Below, piece by piece: positions 54,997 through 64,000 of a stretch of DNA of 64,000 bases. Numbering within the stretch: the first letter of the stretch is position 1; each line of letters starts with the position of its first letter. The DNA comes from Eubacteriales bacterium (lineage in GTDB: Bacteria > Bacillota > Clostridia > Oscillospirales > UBA644): NCBI GenBank assembly GCA_045637625.1, contig JAZTZU010000040.1:38474-102473 (forward strand). Direction: 5' to 3'. The notes beneath the pieces were generated by a model. The model searched no databases and was not told the DNA's origin. It saw only the letters and a list, made by a program, of their open reading frames with translations. A program made the position numbers and the translations under genes.

Positions 54997-56433
54997 TCAG
55001 CGTTTCTTCGCTGAATGATTTACTTTTCTTTTCTGTTCTTCGCGGATTATCATGTCGCTGCGATGTTCTTCATACATTGCCTGACGGCGAAGTCTGCGCA
55101 TTCTGTCTCTGCGTTTGCGTTTTGCATTGGAAACAAGGAACATGATTATAATGATACCGATCAAGATCAGTATTACCGCAAAGATTATAAGGATAACCTT
55201 AAGAAATACCGGCATTTTGAAAGTGTTTCCGGAAGGAGATGTGGATGCCTGAGTATCAGGATTCAAGGGCGTGGGAGTATCGTGCTGCTGAGTTGTAAAT
55301 TTCAAAGCAACATTTCCGATATTCGCATACATCGGAGTGGATGTATCTGTAACAGTCAACGACAGCGAAGGCTGAATATTAAACTGACTGTATGTTTCAG
55401 GAATATTTTTCGTTACACTTACTGAGGATTCGGAAATGTCATTATGAAGAAAATAAACCACCTCACTGTTCGTATATACAGTAACGGTTGCAACAATGCT
55501 GTCATTTTCAACCACATTTACCGTGCAGGGCTCAAACATATCGGATGTAACTGTCTTTTTTGAGAAATTTGCAAAACCGTAATCAAGAAGCGCTGCAAGG
55601 TCAGCAAATCTGTCATTTGCGGAATCAGCTTTAAGAGTAACGGCAATCAATGTCGTTCCGTTTCTTTCTGCAACCACAACACCTGTGTATCCGGCATCGG
55701 GAATATAGCCTGTTTTACCGCCGATAATTCCCTCGTAATAGAGCGGATTTGTCGGTTTGAGAAGTTCCATTCCTGTAGCTACGGGGAAAACTTCTTTTCT
55801 GATGTTATCAGGAGCGATCTCGTAACGGACTGTGCCGAAAACCTTTTTAAACGCAGCATTCTTTATAGCCTCACGTGTAATAAGAGCCATATCGTAAGCT
55901 GTGGTATAATGATCCTCACCGAAAAGTCCGTTTGCATTTGAGAAATTAGTATTTTTCGCACCAATAGCAACGGCACGTTCAGTCATTTTCTTTGCAAACT
56001 CCGAAATAGTTCCACTTACAGACTCTGCAATACCGTTGCAGGCATCGTTTGCCGAAGCGAGGAAAGCACCGTAGATAAGATCTTCCATTCGAACCATCTG
56101 ACCTGTTGTAAGGGCTATGTGAGAAGAATCTCTCGGAACAGTAGTGACTGTGGCATATTCAGACATCGTAACAACAGTATCCGGATTTGCCTCTTCACAA
56201 GCAAGCAGAACCGTCATTATTTTGGTGATGCTTGCAGGGTACATTCTTTGATTCATACCCTTTTCCACAAGAACCTGCCCTGTCTCAGCCTCCATTACAA
56301 TGTAACAATCGCTGTTTATACTCGGGAACGCAGTTGCGGCAGATGAAATACCGCAGCATAAGACAAGCCCCAAAGACACAGCAAATGTCAGAACGAAAGA
56401 AACCGCGCTTAAGAAAAATCGCTTGGTAAACAT
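54997..56433 (-). CDS. D-alanyl-D-alanine carboxypeptidase (S11, PBP5-like) with C-terminal membrane anchor
   Basis: Signal peptide. SITK (PASITKIMT), SAND-type SxN and KTG (GGKTGYI) motifs. C-terminal TM segment plus a basic tail. Confidence 0.85.
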   Translation of the reverse strand: MFTKRFFLSAVSFVLTFAVSLGLVLCCGISSAATAFPSINSDCYIVMEAETGQVLVEKGMNQRMYPASITKIMTVLLACEEANPDTVVTMSEYATVTTVPRDSSHIALTTGQMVRMEDLIYGAFLASANDACNGIAESVSGTISEFAKKMTERAVAIGAKNTNFSNANGLFGEDHYTTAYDMALITREAIKNAAFKKVFGTVRYEIAPDNIRKEVFPVATGMELLKPTNPLYYEGIIGGKTGYIPDAGYTGVVVAERNGTTLIAVTLKADSANDRFADLAALLDYGFANFSKKTVTSDMFEPCTVNVVENDSIVATVTVYTNSEVVYFLHNDISESSVSVTKNIPETYSQFNIQPSLSLTVTDTSTPMYANIGNVALKFTTQQHDTPTPLNPDTQASTSPSGNTFKMPVFLKVILIIFAVILILIGIIIIMFLVSNAKRKRRDRMRRLRRQAMYEEHRSDMIIREEQKRKVNHSAKKR

Positions 56434-56502
56434 AGAAAAATATCCTTTCTGAAAATAGTATTTATTCCGTCATTTATACAACCTAAAAAATACTACACCT
56501 AT

Positions 56503-56531
56503 ATTATACACTACTTTTCTCTTTTAGTCAA
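56503..56531 (-). promoter_or_regulatory. putative promoter of the DD-carboxypeptidase gene
   Basis: On the minus strand: TTGACT (56531-56526), 17 nt, TATAAT (56508-56503). Confidence 0.5.
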
Positions 56532-56582
56532 GTAGTATTCTGAAAAAATATACAAATAATTTTTTAAACAACACGCAAAATC

Positions 56583-57938
56583 TTATTTTGATTCAATTCT
56601 GCTGATCATCCACTTGCCTGATCTGATATAAATAAGACCGATCACAGCAGAACCGAGAGATGCAATGGGACCTCCGAGGCCAATACCCAACATTCCAAGA
56701 TTACACAGTTTTCCGAGAATGATGGCAAAGGGAGCTCTGAGAAGGATAGCGGAAAGCATTCCGTTGAAAAGAGAAAATGCGGTATGTCCTGCGCCGTTGA
56801 GAAGACCGTTTACGCTGAATACAACGGGAACGATTATGTAATCAAACGAAAACGCACGGATATACTGAACACCGTATTCAATAACAGCAGGGCTGTCATC
56901 AAAAATAGCAATAACAGATGCAGGGAAAAGCTGAACGAACAGGAAAATAACGCCGCCGATAATGAAAGAAATCTTGATTGATGTTTTCATTGTGTCAAGA
57001 GCTCTGTCATAAAGTCTTGCGCCGATATTCTGACCCGCCATTGAAGCGACAGACATGGACATTGCAATAATGGGAAGAATTGCCACGCTGTTAAATTTAC
57101 CTGCAATACCCGCAGCGGCGGAAGCATCAACGCCGTAACCGTTTACAAGAACGGTAATAACGATAAAAGAAAGACTTGTTACTACATTCTGGATAGCTGA
57201 GGGGAATCCGATCTTAAGTATCTTCAAGAAATGATCTTTATACATTCTGAAGCTTTTCAGCTTGAAATCGAACATGAAGTTGTTCTTTTTCAGATAAATA
57301 ACGGAAATAATAACACTGATGGCCTGAGAAGCGATAGTTGCCCACGCAGCTCCTGCCGCAGACATTTTTAAAGCGCCGACAAACACAAGGTCAAGGACAA
57401 TATTTACACCGCAGGCGATGGCCACGAAAATGAGCGGATGCTTGGAATCTCCGAGACCTCGCATTACACCGCTTATGGCGTTATACAGGAACGTAAAGAC
57501 AATACCGTAGGAACAGATCCGAACATAGTCCAAAGCTTCCTTAAAGCTCTCCTCAGGGGTCTGAATCAGACGCATGATAGGTTCGGAGAGGAATGCCATA
57601 ATAACAGAAATGGCAATACCGCTGACAGCCATAAGTGTAAAGACTGTGGCAATTGTTTTCTTGGCATCCTCATGGCGTTTTGCCCCCATATGCTGGGCGA
57701 CAAGAACAGTAGCACCGACAGCAAGACCTGCAACAAAGTTAATTATCACCAAAGTTACCTGTCCACCATTGGATACACCCGAAATACCTGCAGAGCCGTC
57801 AAATTTACCGACAATAAACATATCGGCGATATTATACAGCGCCTGAAGAAGATTTGAAAGAAGGAACGGTATACAAAATTTTAAAAGCTGTTTACCGACG
57901 CTTCCGCCTGTAAGGTCATTTCCGAAATTATTACTCAT
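56583..57938 (-). CDS. MATE family efflux transporter
   Basis: 451 aa with 12 TM segments. The N-terminal GKQLLKFCIPFLLSNLLQALYNIADMFIVG is the MATE signature pattern. Confidence 0.9.
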   Translation of the reverse strand: MSNNFGNDLTGGSVGKQLLKFCIPFLLSNLLQALYNIADMFIVGKFDGSAGISGVSNGGQVTLVIINFVAGLAVGATVLVAQHMGAKRHEDAKKTIATVFTLMAVSGIAISVIMAFLSEPIMRLIQTPEESFKEALDYVRICSYGIVFTFLYNAISGVMRGLGDSKHPLIFVAIACGVNIVLDLVFVGALKMSAAGAAWATIASQAISVIISVIYLKKNNFMFDFKLKSFRMYKDHFLKILKIGFPSAIQNVVTSLSFIVITVLVNGYGVDASAAAGIAGKFNSVAILPIIAMSMSVASMAGQNIGARLYDRALDTMKTSIKISFIIGGVIFLFVQLFPASVIAIFDDSPAVIEYGVQYIRAFSFDYIIVPVVFSVNGLLNGAGHTAFSLFNGMLSAILLRAPFAIILGKLCNLGMLGIGLGGPIASLGSAVIGLIYIRSGKWMISRIESK

Positions 57939-57971
57939 ATATTTGTTATTTTTCCTTTCACCTTTTAGAAA

Positions 57972-58661
57972 TTAAAGATTCCGAAGAAGCTCTTCCGCAA
58001 TGGAAAGATCTTCGGGGGTAGTGATCTTGATATTGGAGTATGAACAGAAGAAGAGCTTGACTTTATAACCGAGAGCTTCTGCCATACCGCTGTCATCCGT
58101 AAATTTTTCAAAACAGTCTCCGAATTTCTCGACCATTTCTCCGTAAATCTGCTTTGAAAAGGTCTGAGGCGTGGAAACGGCAACAAGAGAAGAACGGTCA
58201 AGTGTTTTTTCCACAAAACCGTTTCCATCCGCTATTTTTACAGTATCCTTTACTTTCGTAGCACATATAGCGCTTCCGCAAGCAAAGGCTTCCCTGTTGA
58301 CTCCGTCAATCTCATCAGGAGTAATAAGAGGTCTTGCGCCGTCGTGAACAGAAATAAAACTGTATGAGTCACTTGAAGCCAAAAAACCCTTAGCAGCTGA
58401 ATCCTGACGGCAAGAACCGCCCTCAACCGACTTTTTATATTTACTTATTCCGTATTCCGCAGCAAATCCGTCCATAACAGGAATAAGATCGCTGCGTGTA
58501 ACAACGATTATCTCTTTGACTGTCTCAGCTTTTTCAAAGGCAAGAAGAGTTCTGCAAATGCAGGGAATCCCCGCCAAGGGCAGAACGATCTTATCCTTCT
58601 TCATCCGTGACGCACTTCCTGCGGCTACGATAACCGCAGTTACAAAATTATTTTCAGCCAT
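57972..58661 (-). CDS. ispD: 2-C-methyl-D-erythritol 4-phosphate cytidylyltransferase-like (IspD/TarI family)
   Basis: AVIVAAGSASRM...LAGIP...VHDGARP...TPQTF motifs. Confidence 0.7.
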   Translation of the reverse strand: MAENNFVTAVIVAAGSASRMKKDKIVLPLAGIPCICRTLLAFEKAETVKEIIVVTRSDLIPVMDGFAAEYGISKYKKSVEGGSCRQDSAAKGFLASSDSYSFISVHDGARPLITPDEIDGVNREAFACGSAICATKVKDTVKIADGNGFVEKTLDRSSLVAVSTPQTFSKQIYGEMVEKFGDCFEKFTDDSGMAEALGYKVKLFFCSYSNIKITTPEDLSIAEELLRNL

Positions 58662-58662
58662 T

Positions 58663-59712
58663 TTATTCTATAACAAGTTCAGATGCGGGGATATTTGCCA
58701 TACCCTCACGGATCCTCTTATCAGCTTCCATAGCAATGCAGAAAGCCTTGAAAGCATCTTCGATCGTGGGTGAACCCTCTGTGTCATTTTCGATCATTTC
58801 GATGAGAGTCTGAAGCTGCGCATACATATTCTTGTACTGAGCGTTGATATTGATAAACGAATAGCTTCTTGTAGTGTCATCGTAAACCTCAAGAAGGTCT
58901 CCTTCTTCTTTGTGTTCCTCACGGAAATCACGGAGGATAAGTCTGATACGACCCTTTGTACCAATGAATTCCTTGATATTCTGAGAAGATGTGGAGTTTG
59001 TCCAACCCGCTTCGTAATACGCCATACCGCCGTTGGAAAGACGCATTGCGATCAGACCGTAGTCAAAACCGCCTTCGGGAACATTTTCCTTGTTAACAAC
59101 AGCTCCCATGCCGTTTACACTTACAATGTCACAACCGGAGAACCACTGAACAACATCAATGTAATGAACGCCGCAGTCAACAATGGGAGAGCAGTCGTTG
59201 AGAAGAGTTGCATATCTTTCTCTGTTCATAATATGGTGATTCTGGACCATTCTCATAAGTCTGATATCACCGATAACACCGCTGTGGATAAGCTCCGCAG
59301 CCTTGATATATGTATCATTATGACGGAGAATATGAGCGATAAGAACCTTCTGCTTGGAATTTTTCACAAGCTTATAGAATTCTTCGCCCTCTTCAATACT
59401 TGAAGCGATAGGCTTTTCGCACAAAACATGTTTACCAGCTTCAAGACAATCCTTAAGAATCTGAAGATGTGTATTTACATAAGTCGCAATGATAACAATA
59501 TCAACATCATCACGCTTTATCATTTCACGGTAGTCTGTACCGTGAAGGACTTTTTCCCCGCAGGAATATTTTCTTGAAAACAGTTCTGCTCTTTCGGGGA
59601 CAAAATCCACAACGCCTACGATCTTGACATTTTCCCTGTAATAAATGTTTTCGATATGCTCCTGGCCGATGTGTCCACAGCCGATAAGAACAACTCCGTA
59701 TACTTTACTCAT
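58663..59712 (-). CDS. Gfo/Idh/MocA family oxidoreductase
   Basis: GVVLIGCGHIGQEH Rossmann motif and VLCEKP motif. Confidence 0.8.
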   Translation of the reverse strand: MSKVYGVVLIGCGHIGQEHIENIYYRENVKIVGVVDFVPERAELFSRKYSCGEKVLHGTDYREMIKRDDVDIVIIATYVNTHLQILKDCLEAGKHVLCEKPIASSIEEGEEFYKLVKNSKQKVLIAHILRHNDTYIKAAELIHSGVIGDIRLMRMVQNHHIMNRERYATLLNDCSPIVDCGVHYIDVVQWFSGCDIVSVNGMGAVVNKENVPEGGFDYGLIAMRLSNGGMAYYEAGWTNSTSSQNIKEFIGTKGRIRLILRDFREEHKEEGDLLEVYDDTTRSYSFININAQYKNMYAQLQTLIEMIENDTEGSPTIEDAFKAFCIAMEADKRIREGMANIPASELVIE

Positions 59713-59797
59713 ACCGTATACCCCTAACATATAAAAAATATTTATGTATAAACCGATTTACCGAGACATTACATCAGTACGTATTGTCTCACTATAG

Positions 59798-59826
59798 ATT
59801 ATATCATAAATCGACAAAAATATCAA
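59798..59826 (-). promoter_or_regulatory. putative promoter of the oxidoreductase-ispD operon
   Basis: On the minus strand: TTGATA (59826-59821), 17 nt, TATAAT (59803-59798). The inverted repeat GAGACA..TGTCTC (59763-59790) lies just downstream. Confidence 0.45.
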
Positions 59827-59897
59827 CGGGAAAATTAAAGGTTCAAATTATTGTCAATAAAAAAACCATTACATGGAAAAAAAATACTTTAAAACCA

Positions 59898-59926
59898 CTT
59901 GATTTCTATCGAAATTTGAGGTATAA
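59898..59926 (+). promoter_or_regulatory. putative promoter of the amidohydrolase-smr operon
   Basis: TTGATT (59898-59903), 17 nt, TATAAT (59921-59926). Confidence 0.5.
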
Positions 59927-59962
59927 TGTGGTAGAGAAAATATTCAGAAGGATTTTCAGTCA

Positions 59963-60751
59963 ATGATCATAGATTTTCACGTTCATACATTCCCCGACAA
60001 ACTTGCTCCGAGAGTGATTCCAAAGCTTTCCGAAGCTGCCGGAATTGAACCTCAGACAGACGGAACGATAAATGACACTCTGGAAAAAATGAAAGAGTGG
60101 GGCGTTGACAGAGCTGTGATCCTGAACATTGCAACAGCACCGACTCAACAGAACACGATAAACAGCGTTGCAGCTGAGAACAATCATCTTCCGCTTTATA
60201 CTTTCGGCTCGGTTCATCCCGACGGAGAGGATAAAATATCCGAATTAAAAAGAATAAAGGAACTTGGACTTTACGGAATAAAGATGCATCCCGAATATCA
60301 GCAGTTTTATGTGGATGACGAAAAAGCTCTTCCCATTTACGAAGAATGTTCAGCACTTGGTCTTCCCATAGTTTTCCATGCAGGATGAGACCTCGGTTTC
60401 GGACCTCCGGTACACGCAACACCCGACAGGATAAGGAAGATAATAGACATGTTCCCCAAGCTGACAGTTATTGCGGCACATTTCGGAGGTTACAGATGTT
60501 GGGACATGGTCGAGCATTTCCTTGTCGGAAAAAATATCTACTTCGACACATCCTTCACGGCCAATGAGATTGACCCCGAAAGAATGAAAAAAATGATCCT
60601 GAAACACGGCTCAGACAAAATTCTTTTCGGCTCTGACTGCCCATGGAAAAAGATGTCGGACTCCATCATACAGATTGAAAAAATGAATTTGCCAGTATCG
60701 GATACAGAAAGAATTTTCAGCCGGAACGCATTGGAGCTTTTGGACAGATGA
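59963..60751 (+). pseudogene. TIM-barrel metal-dependent amidohydrolase interrupted by a single in-frame TGA (60386-60388)
   Basis: Track ORFs 59963-60388 and 60449-60751 are in the same frame, and I found no other stop between them on hand checking. The read-through product ...LPIVFHAG*DLGFGPPVHATPDRIRKIIDMFPKLTVIAAHFGG... is collinear with intact amidohydrolase-2-like proteins (MIIDFHVHTFP start). Confidence 0.6.
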
Positions 60752-61014
60752 GAAACACAGACAGACCCTCAGCGGGAATAGTCGAAATAGATATTCACGG
60801 AATGAACAAATATCAGGCAAAGACATTCATTGAAAGCCGCTTGAAAAAAGCAGAAAAATCAGTATACAGACTCAGAATAATCCACGGATACCACAGCGGA
60901 ACGGAACTGAGGGACATGGTTCGCAAAGAGCTCGGAACAAACAAAAAAGTTCTGAGGATCGAAATGGGATTAAATCCGGGAGAAACAGATCTTATTTTAA
61001 GAGAACTATTTTAA
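60748..61014 (+). CDS. Smr domain protein
   Basis: VEIDIHGMNKYQA...LRIIHGYHSGTELRDMV. ATGA overlap with the amidohydrolase stop. Confidence 0.75.
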   Translation: MRNTDRPSAGIVEIDIHGMNKYQAKTFIESRLKKAEKSVYRLRIIHGYHSGTELRDMVRKELGTNKKVLRIEMGLNPGETDLILRELF

Positions 61015-61049
61015 AAATATAAATTCAGTAATGAAAGGAAAAAACTAAG

Positions 61050-62849
61050 ATGGCAGAAAAAAGAATTATTGGTGATTACCCCGTTATCGGCATCAGACCC
61101 ACAATCGACGGAAGAAGAGGCGTTCTGAAAGTACGCGAAAGCCTTGAAGATCAGACTATGGGTATGGCTCTTGCCGCAAAAAAACTTTTCGAAGAAAATC
61201 TCAGATACTCAAACGGAGAACCCGTAAAAGTAGTTATTGCAGACACAACTATCGGCAGAGTTGCAGAAGCTGCTGCGTGCGCTGACAAATTCAAAAAAGA
61301 AGGCGTAGACATCACTCTTACAGTTACTCCCTGCTGGTGCTACGGCGCTGAAACAATGGATATGGATCCAATGACGATCAAAGGCGTTTGGGGCTTCAAC
61401 GGAACAGAAAGACCCGGTGCGGTTTACCTTGCATCCGTTCTCGCAACACATGCACAGAAAGGACTCCCCGCATTCGGCATCTACGGTCACGATGTTCAGA
61501 ACGCTGACGACAAAAATATTCCCGCAGACGTAGAAGAAAAACTTCTCAGATTCGGTCGCGCAGCTGTTGCGGCAGCATCCATGAGAGGCAAATCATACCT
61601 GCAGATCGGTTCTATCTGTATGGGTATCGGTGGCTCAATTATTGACCCCAACTTCATCGAAGACTACCTCGGCATGAGAGTTGAATCCGTTGACGAAGTT
61701 GAAATTATCCGCAGAATGACAGAAGAAATCTACGATAAAAATGAATACGAAAAGGCTCTCGCATGGGTAAAAGCAAAATGTATTGAAGGCTTCGACAAGA
61801 ACCCCGAAGAATATCAGAAATCCCGTGAAGCTAAAGACGGTGACTGGGAATTTGTTGTTAAAATGATGTGTATCATCAAAGACCTCATGAACGGCAACAA
61901 GAATCTCCCCGAAGGCTGCGAAGAAGAAATGGTTGGTCACAACGCTATCGCTGCAGGCTTCCAGGGTCAGAGACAGTGGACAGACTTCTATCCCAACTGC
62001 GACTTCCCCGAAGCAATGCTCAACTCTTCCTTCGACTGGAATGGTGCTCGTGAACCCTACATTCTCGCAACAGAACACGACGTACTCAACGGTATCGGCA
62101 TGCTCTTCATGAAGCTTCTCACAAACAGACCTCAGATGTTCGCAGACGTAAGAACATACTGGAGCCCCGAGGCTGTTAAAAATGCAACAGGCTACGATAT
62201 CGAAGGTGTTGCAAAAGAATCCGGCGGTTTCATCCACCTCATCAACTCCGGTGCTTGCTGCATCGACGCTAACGGCGAAGCTAAAAACGCTGACGGTGAA
62301 GCTGAAATCAAGCCCTGGTATGAAGTTACTGAAGCAGATCAGGAAGCTATCCTTGCAAACACAACATGGAACTACGCAGACCTCGGCTATTTCAGAGGCG
62401 GCGGTTACTCTTCCAGATTTGAAACAAAGCATCAGATGCCTGCCACAATGATCCGTCTCAACCTCGTAAAAGGTCTCGGACCCGTTCTTCAGATCGCAGA
62501 AGGCTGGACAGTAGGTCTTCCCGAAGACGTTTCTGACAAACTCTGGAAGCGTACAGACTACACATGGCCCTGCACATGGTTCGCCCCCAGAACAACAGGC
62601 GAAGGTGCATTCAAGACCGCATATGACGTAATGAACAACTGGGGAGCTAACCACGGTGCTATCTCCTACGGTCACATCGGTGCAGACCTTATCACACTCT
62701 GCTCAATGCTCAGAATCCCCGTTTGCATGCACAACGTACCCGAAGATAAGATCTTCAGACCCGCTGCATGGAACGCATTTGGCATGGACAAAGAAGGTCA
62801 GGACTACCGCGCTTGCGAAACTTACGGTCCTTTGTACAAGAATATATAA
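61050..62849 (+). CDS. fucI: L-fucose isomerase
   Basis: 599 aa. The [29 protein letters not shown]-terminus and overall length match FucI. Confidence 0.9.
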   Translation: MAEKRIIGDYPVIGIRPTIDGRRGVLKVRESLEDQTMGMALAAKKLFEENLRYSNGEPVKVVIADTTIGRVAEAAACADKFKKEGVDITLTVTPCWCYGAETMDMDPMTIKGVWGFNGTERPGAVYLASVLATHAQKGLPAFGIYGHDVQNADDKNIPADVEEKLLRFGRAAVAAASMRGKSYLQIGSICMGIGGSIIDPNFIEDYLGMRVESVDEVEIIRRMTEEIYDKNEYEKALAWVKAKCIEGFDKNPEEYQKSREAKDGDWEFVVKMMCIIKDLMNGNKNLPEGCEEEMVGHNAIAAGFQGQRQWTDFYPNCDFPEAMLNSSFDWNGAREPYILATEHDVLNGIGMLFMKLLTNRPQMFADVRTYWSPEAVKNATGYDIEGVAKESGGFIHLINSGACCIDANGEAKNADGEAEIKPWYEVTEADQEAILANTTWNYADLGYFRGGGYSSRFETKHQMPATMIRLNLVKGLGPVLQIAEGWTVGLPEDVSDKLWKRTDYTWPCTWFAPRTTGEGAFKTAYDVMNNWGANHGAISYGHIGADLITLCSMLRIPVCMHNVPEDKIFRPAAWNAFGMDKEGQDYRACETYGPLYKNI

Positions 62850-62942
62850 TCAGATAAAATGATTTGTGGGGAAAACTTCTTTTCACGGAAAAAGAAGTTT
62901 TCCCCATACCCCTTTCAAGAAAACCGATGTTTGGGCAAAAAA
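62847..62942 (+). repeat. hairpin-plus-tail 3' element, copy 3 (extended form, includes the fucI stop)
   Basis: TAATCAGATAAAATGATTTG-TGGGGAAAACTTCTTTT-CACGGA-AAAAGAAGTTTTCCCCA-TACCCCTTTCAAGAAAACCGATGTTTGGGCAAAAAA. Confidence 0.9.
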
Positions 62943-63090
62943 TAATTTATTTATGCACTCTTTCAAAAAATTCAGTGTGCTTGACACAAAAATCTTTTTA
63001 ACCCTCAATCGTAACAGCTGACGCCCAAACTGTTTGATGGAAATTATTTATTTTCCCAAGCTCGCTTTTCTTTTTCGGGGATCAAAGGGA

Positions 63091-63188
63091 TAATCAGAAT
63101 AAAATGATTTGTGGGGAAAACTTCTTTTCACGGAAAAAGAAGTTTTCCCCACACCCTTTTCAAGAAAACCGATGTTTGGACAAAAAAA
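63091..63188 (+). repeat. hairpin-plus-tail 3' element, copy 4 (direct duplicate of copy 3, 244 bp downstream)
   Basis: TAATCAGAATAAAATGATTTG-TGGGGAAAACTTCTTTT-CACGGA-AAAAGAAGTTTTCCCCA-CACCCTTTTCAAGAAAACCGATGTTTGGACAAAAAA. Confidence 0.9.
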
Positions 63189-63325
63189 ATTTATTTATGG
63201 AGGAACATTTTTGTAAAATTGTTCCCTCACGCTCCTTCTAAAAACTTTTATGTAAAGCATTTTATGTTTTACGGGGATGATAAAAACAACGAAAAAAGAT
63301 TTGCAACGAGTTTTCCCACTAATAA

Positions 63326-63403
63326 ATTGCCCCCCAATTCGGTTTTGTTGGAAAGGGGTATGGGGAAAACCTTATTTTTTCGTGAAAATAAGGTTTTCCC
63401 CAT
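63326..63403 (-). repeat. hairpin-plus-tail 3' element, copy 5 (inverted; 3' of serA)
   Basis: Minus-strand reading: ATGGGGAAAACCTTATTTT-CACGAA-AAAATAAGGTTTTCCCCAT-ACCCCTTTCCAACAAAACCGAATTGGGGGGCAATT. Begins 22 nt after the serA stop. Confidence 0.85.
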
Positions 63404-63424
63404 ATTATATCCAACTGTATTTAC

Positions 63425-64000
63425 TTATCTTGTGGAAACATTCATGATGCCGTCAACTGCCTGGAGTTTTGCAACGATTGCAGCTGCGTCAACTTTATCT
63501 GTAAGGTCGATGATAGCATAGGAGATATCACCTTTACTCTTACTCTGCATATGTTCGATGTTAAGACCCAGTTCACCGCAAGCGGAAGCCATAACACTGA
63601 TCATATTGGGAACGTTCTTATGAAGAACACAGATTCTTGTACCATTGCTTCTTTCGCAAGAAACATTGGGGAAGTTTACACTGTTCACAGTATTACCGTT
63701 TTCAATAAAGTCTGTCAGCTCTTTAACAGCCATTACAGCGCAGTTATCTTCGGACTCCTCTGTGGATGCACCAAGGTGAGGAATAGCGATAACGCCTGCC
63801 ATACCTGCTGTACGTGCATTGGGGAAGTCTGTAACATAACGTCTTACCTTACCGGATTTAAGAGCTTCTTCCATATCATCGTCGTTAACGAGAGCATCAC
63901 GTGCAAAGTTAAGAATGATAACGCCGTCTTTCATGAGAGCGATAGTATCTTTGTTGATCATGTGCTTCGTTCTTACCTTCGGATCGGGATTGTCGATGAG
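63425..64000 (-). CDS. serA: D-3-phosphoglycerate dehydrogenase, C-terminal part (runs off right edge)
   Basis: MKDGVIILNFARDALVNDDDMEEALKSGKV...IAIPHLGASTEESE (2-hydroxyacid dehydrogenase core) plus a C-terminal ACT-like domain. The frame stays open from 63961 to 64000. Confidence 0.75.
   Translation of the reverse strand, partial: LIDNPDPKVRTKHMINKDTIALMKDGVIILNFARDALVNDDDMEEALKSGKVRRYVTDFPNARTAGMAGVIAIPHLGASTEESEDNCAVMAVKELTDFIENGNTVNSVNFPNVSCERSNGTRICVLHKNVPNMISVMASACGELGLNIEHMQSKSKGDISYAIIDLTDKVDAAAIVAKLQAVDGIMNVSTR

Noticed and set aside
60386-60388. In-frame TGA in the amidohydrolase as a selenocysteine codon
   Set aside because: The 40 nt after the codon contain only 3-bp stems, so there is no convincing SECIS-like hairpin. 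No sel genes are in the window. This enzyme family is not known to use Sec at this position.
61635-62675. Long antisense ORFs inside well-supported genes: 61635-62675 within fucI, 48206-49042 within thrS, 27194-27862 within argS, 39369-39929 within hisS and 9392-9868 within the GH36-like gene
   Set aside because: They lie opposite genes with strong family motifs. Their products have Cys/Phe/Val-rich low-complexity composition typical of shadow frames, and they lack RBSs.
62867-63403. The repeated hairpins as a small CRISPR array
   Set aside because: The repeats are themselves perfect long palindromes. Their spacing is irregular (244 bp, then about 210 bp). One copy is inverted, other copies are scattered 43-47 kb away at gene ends, and there are no cas genes.
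63111-63521. 136-aa ORF (MGKTSFHGKRSFPHTLF...) and similar MGKT... reading frames starting inside the hairpin elements
   Set aside because: The ATG/GTG is part of the palindrome (ATGGGG...CCCCAT). The apparent peptide similarity between copies follows from nucleotide repeat identity. There is no RBS, and the ORF runs antisense into serA.

Overview
This 64-kb window looks like a low-GC Gram-positive, Clostridia-like chromosome. That is an inference from the maf-mreBCD-pbp2-minD-mgsA cluster, a SpoVB-like flippase, class B sortases, a split transketolase and GGAGG-type RBSs. Positions 1 to about 7560 are the right-hand part of a GC-richer prophage or ICE-like island with all genes on the minus strand. 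It carries a DUF6017-like protein, a MazG-like NTPase, a lectin/FGE-like tail-fibre-type protein, Zn-ribbon proteins, a radical SAM enzyme, an MT-A70 methylase, and AbrB-like and HTH proteins, joined by many ATGA/TGATG start-stop overlaps. The element runs off the left edge, so no integrase or att site is visible. The rest is core chromosome. It encodes a GH35 beta-galactosidase and two tandem GH36-like lipoproteins, a split transketolase, and two tandem class B sortase homologues. It then encodes an AEC transporter, tsaE-tsaB-rpiB-upp, an Eis-like GNAT, zapA, a U32 peptidase, dut, argS and rlmB. Next come a degenerate P-type-ATPase-like membrane protein, yebC, an XRE regulator, maf-mreBCD-pbp2-minD-mgsA, hisS, aspS and a GldA/F/G-like ABC system with a DUF4340 protein. 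The window ends with thrS, a GNAT, HtrA, a SpoVB-like flippase, rsuA, hslO, a SAM methyltransferase, yerC, a DD-carboxypeptidase, a MATE transporter, ispD, an oxidoreductase, an amidohydrolase with one in-frame TGA, an Smr protein, fucI and partial serA. I found no rRNA, tRNA, CRISPR array, T-box or riboswitch. Five points deserve a second look. (1) A structured hairpin-plus-tail repeat occurs in five copies just 3' of genes, with compensatory stem changes. (2) A consensus promoter plus intrinsic terminator inside the island predicts a counter-transcribed RNA of about 70 nt. (3) One sortase B domain is fused to a lipoprotein signal and two Big_2 domains, next to a second orphan sortase B. (4) A heavy-metal P-type ATPase homologue has lost all catalytic motifs. 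(5) The 3' ends of the two GH36-like paralogues have been homogenised by a sharp-edged gene conversion. All family assignments rest on motif recognition by eye. No database search was run.
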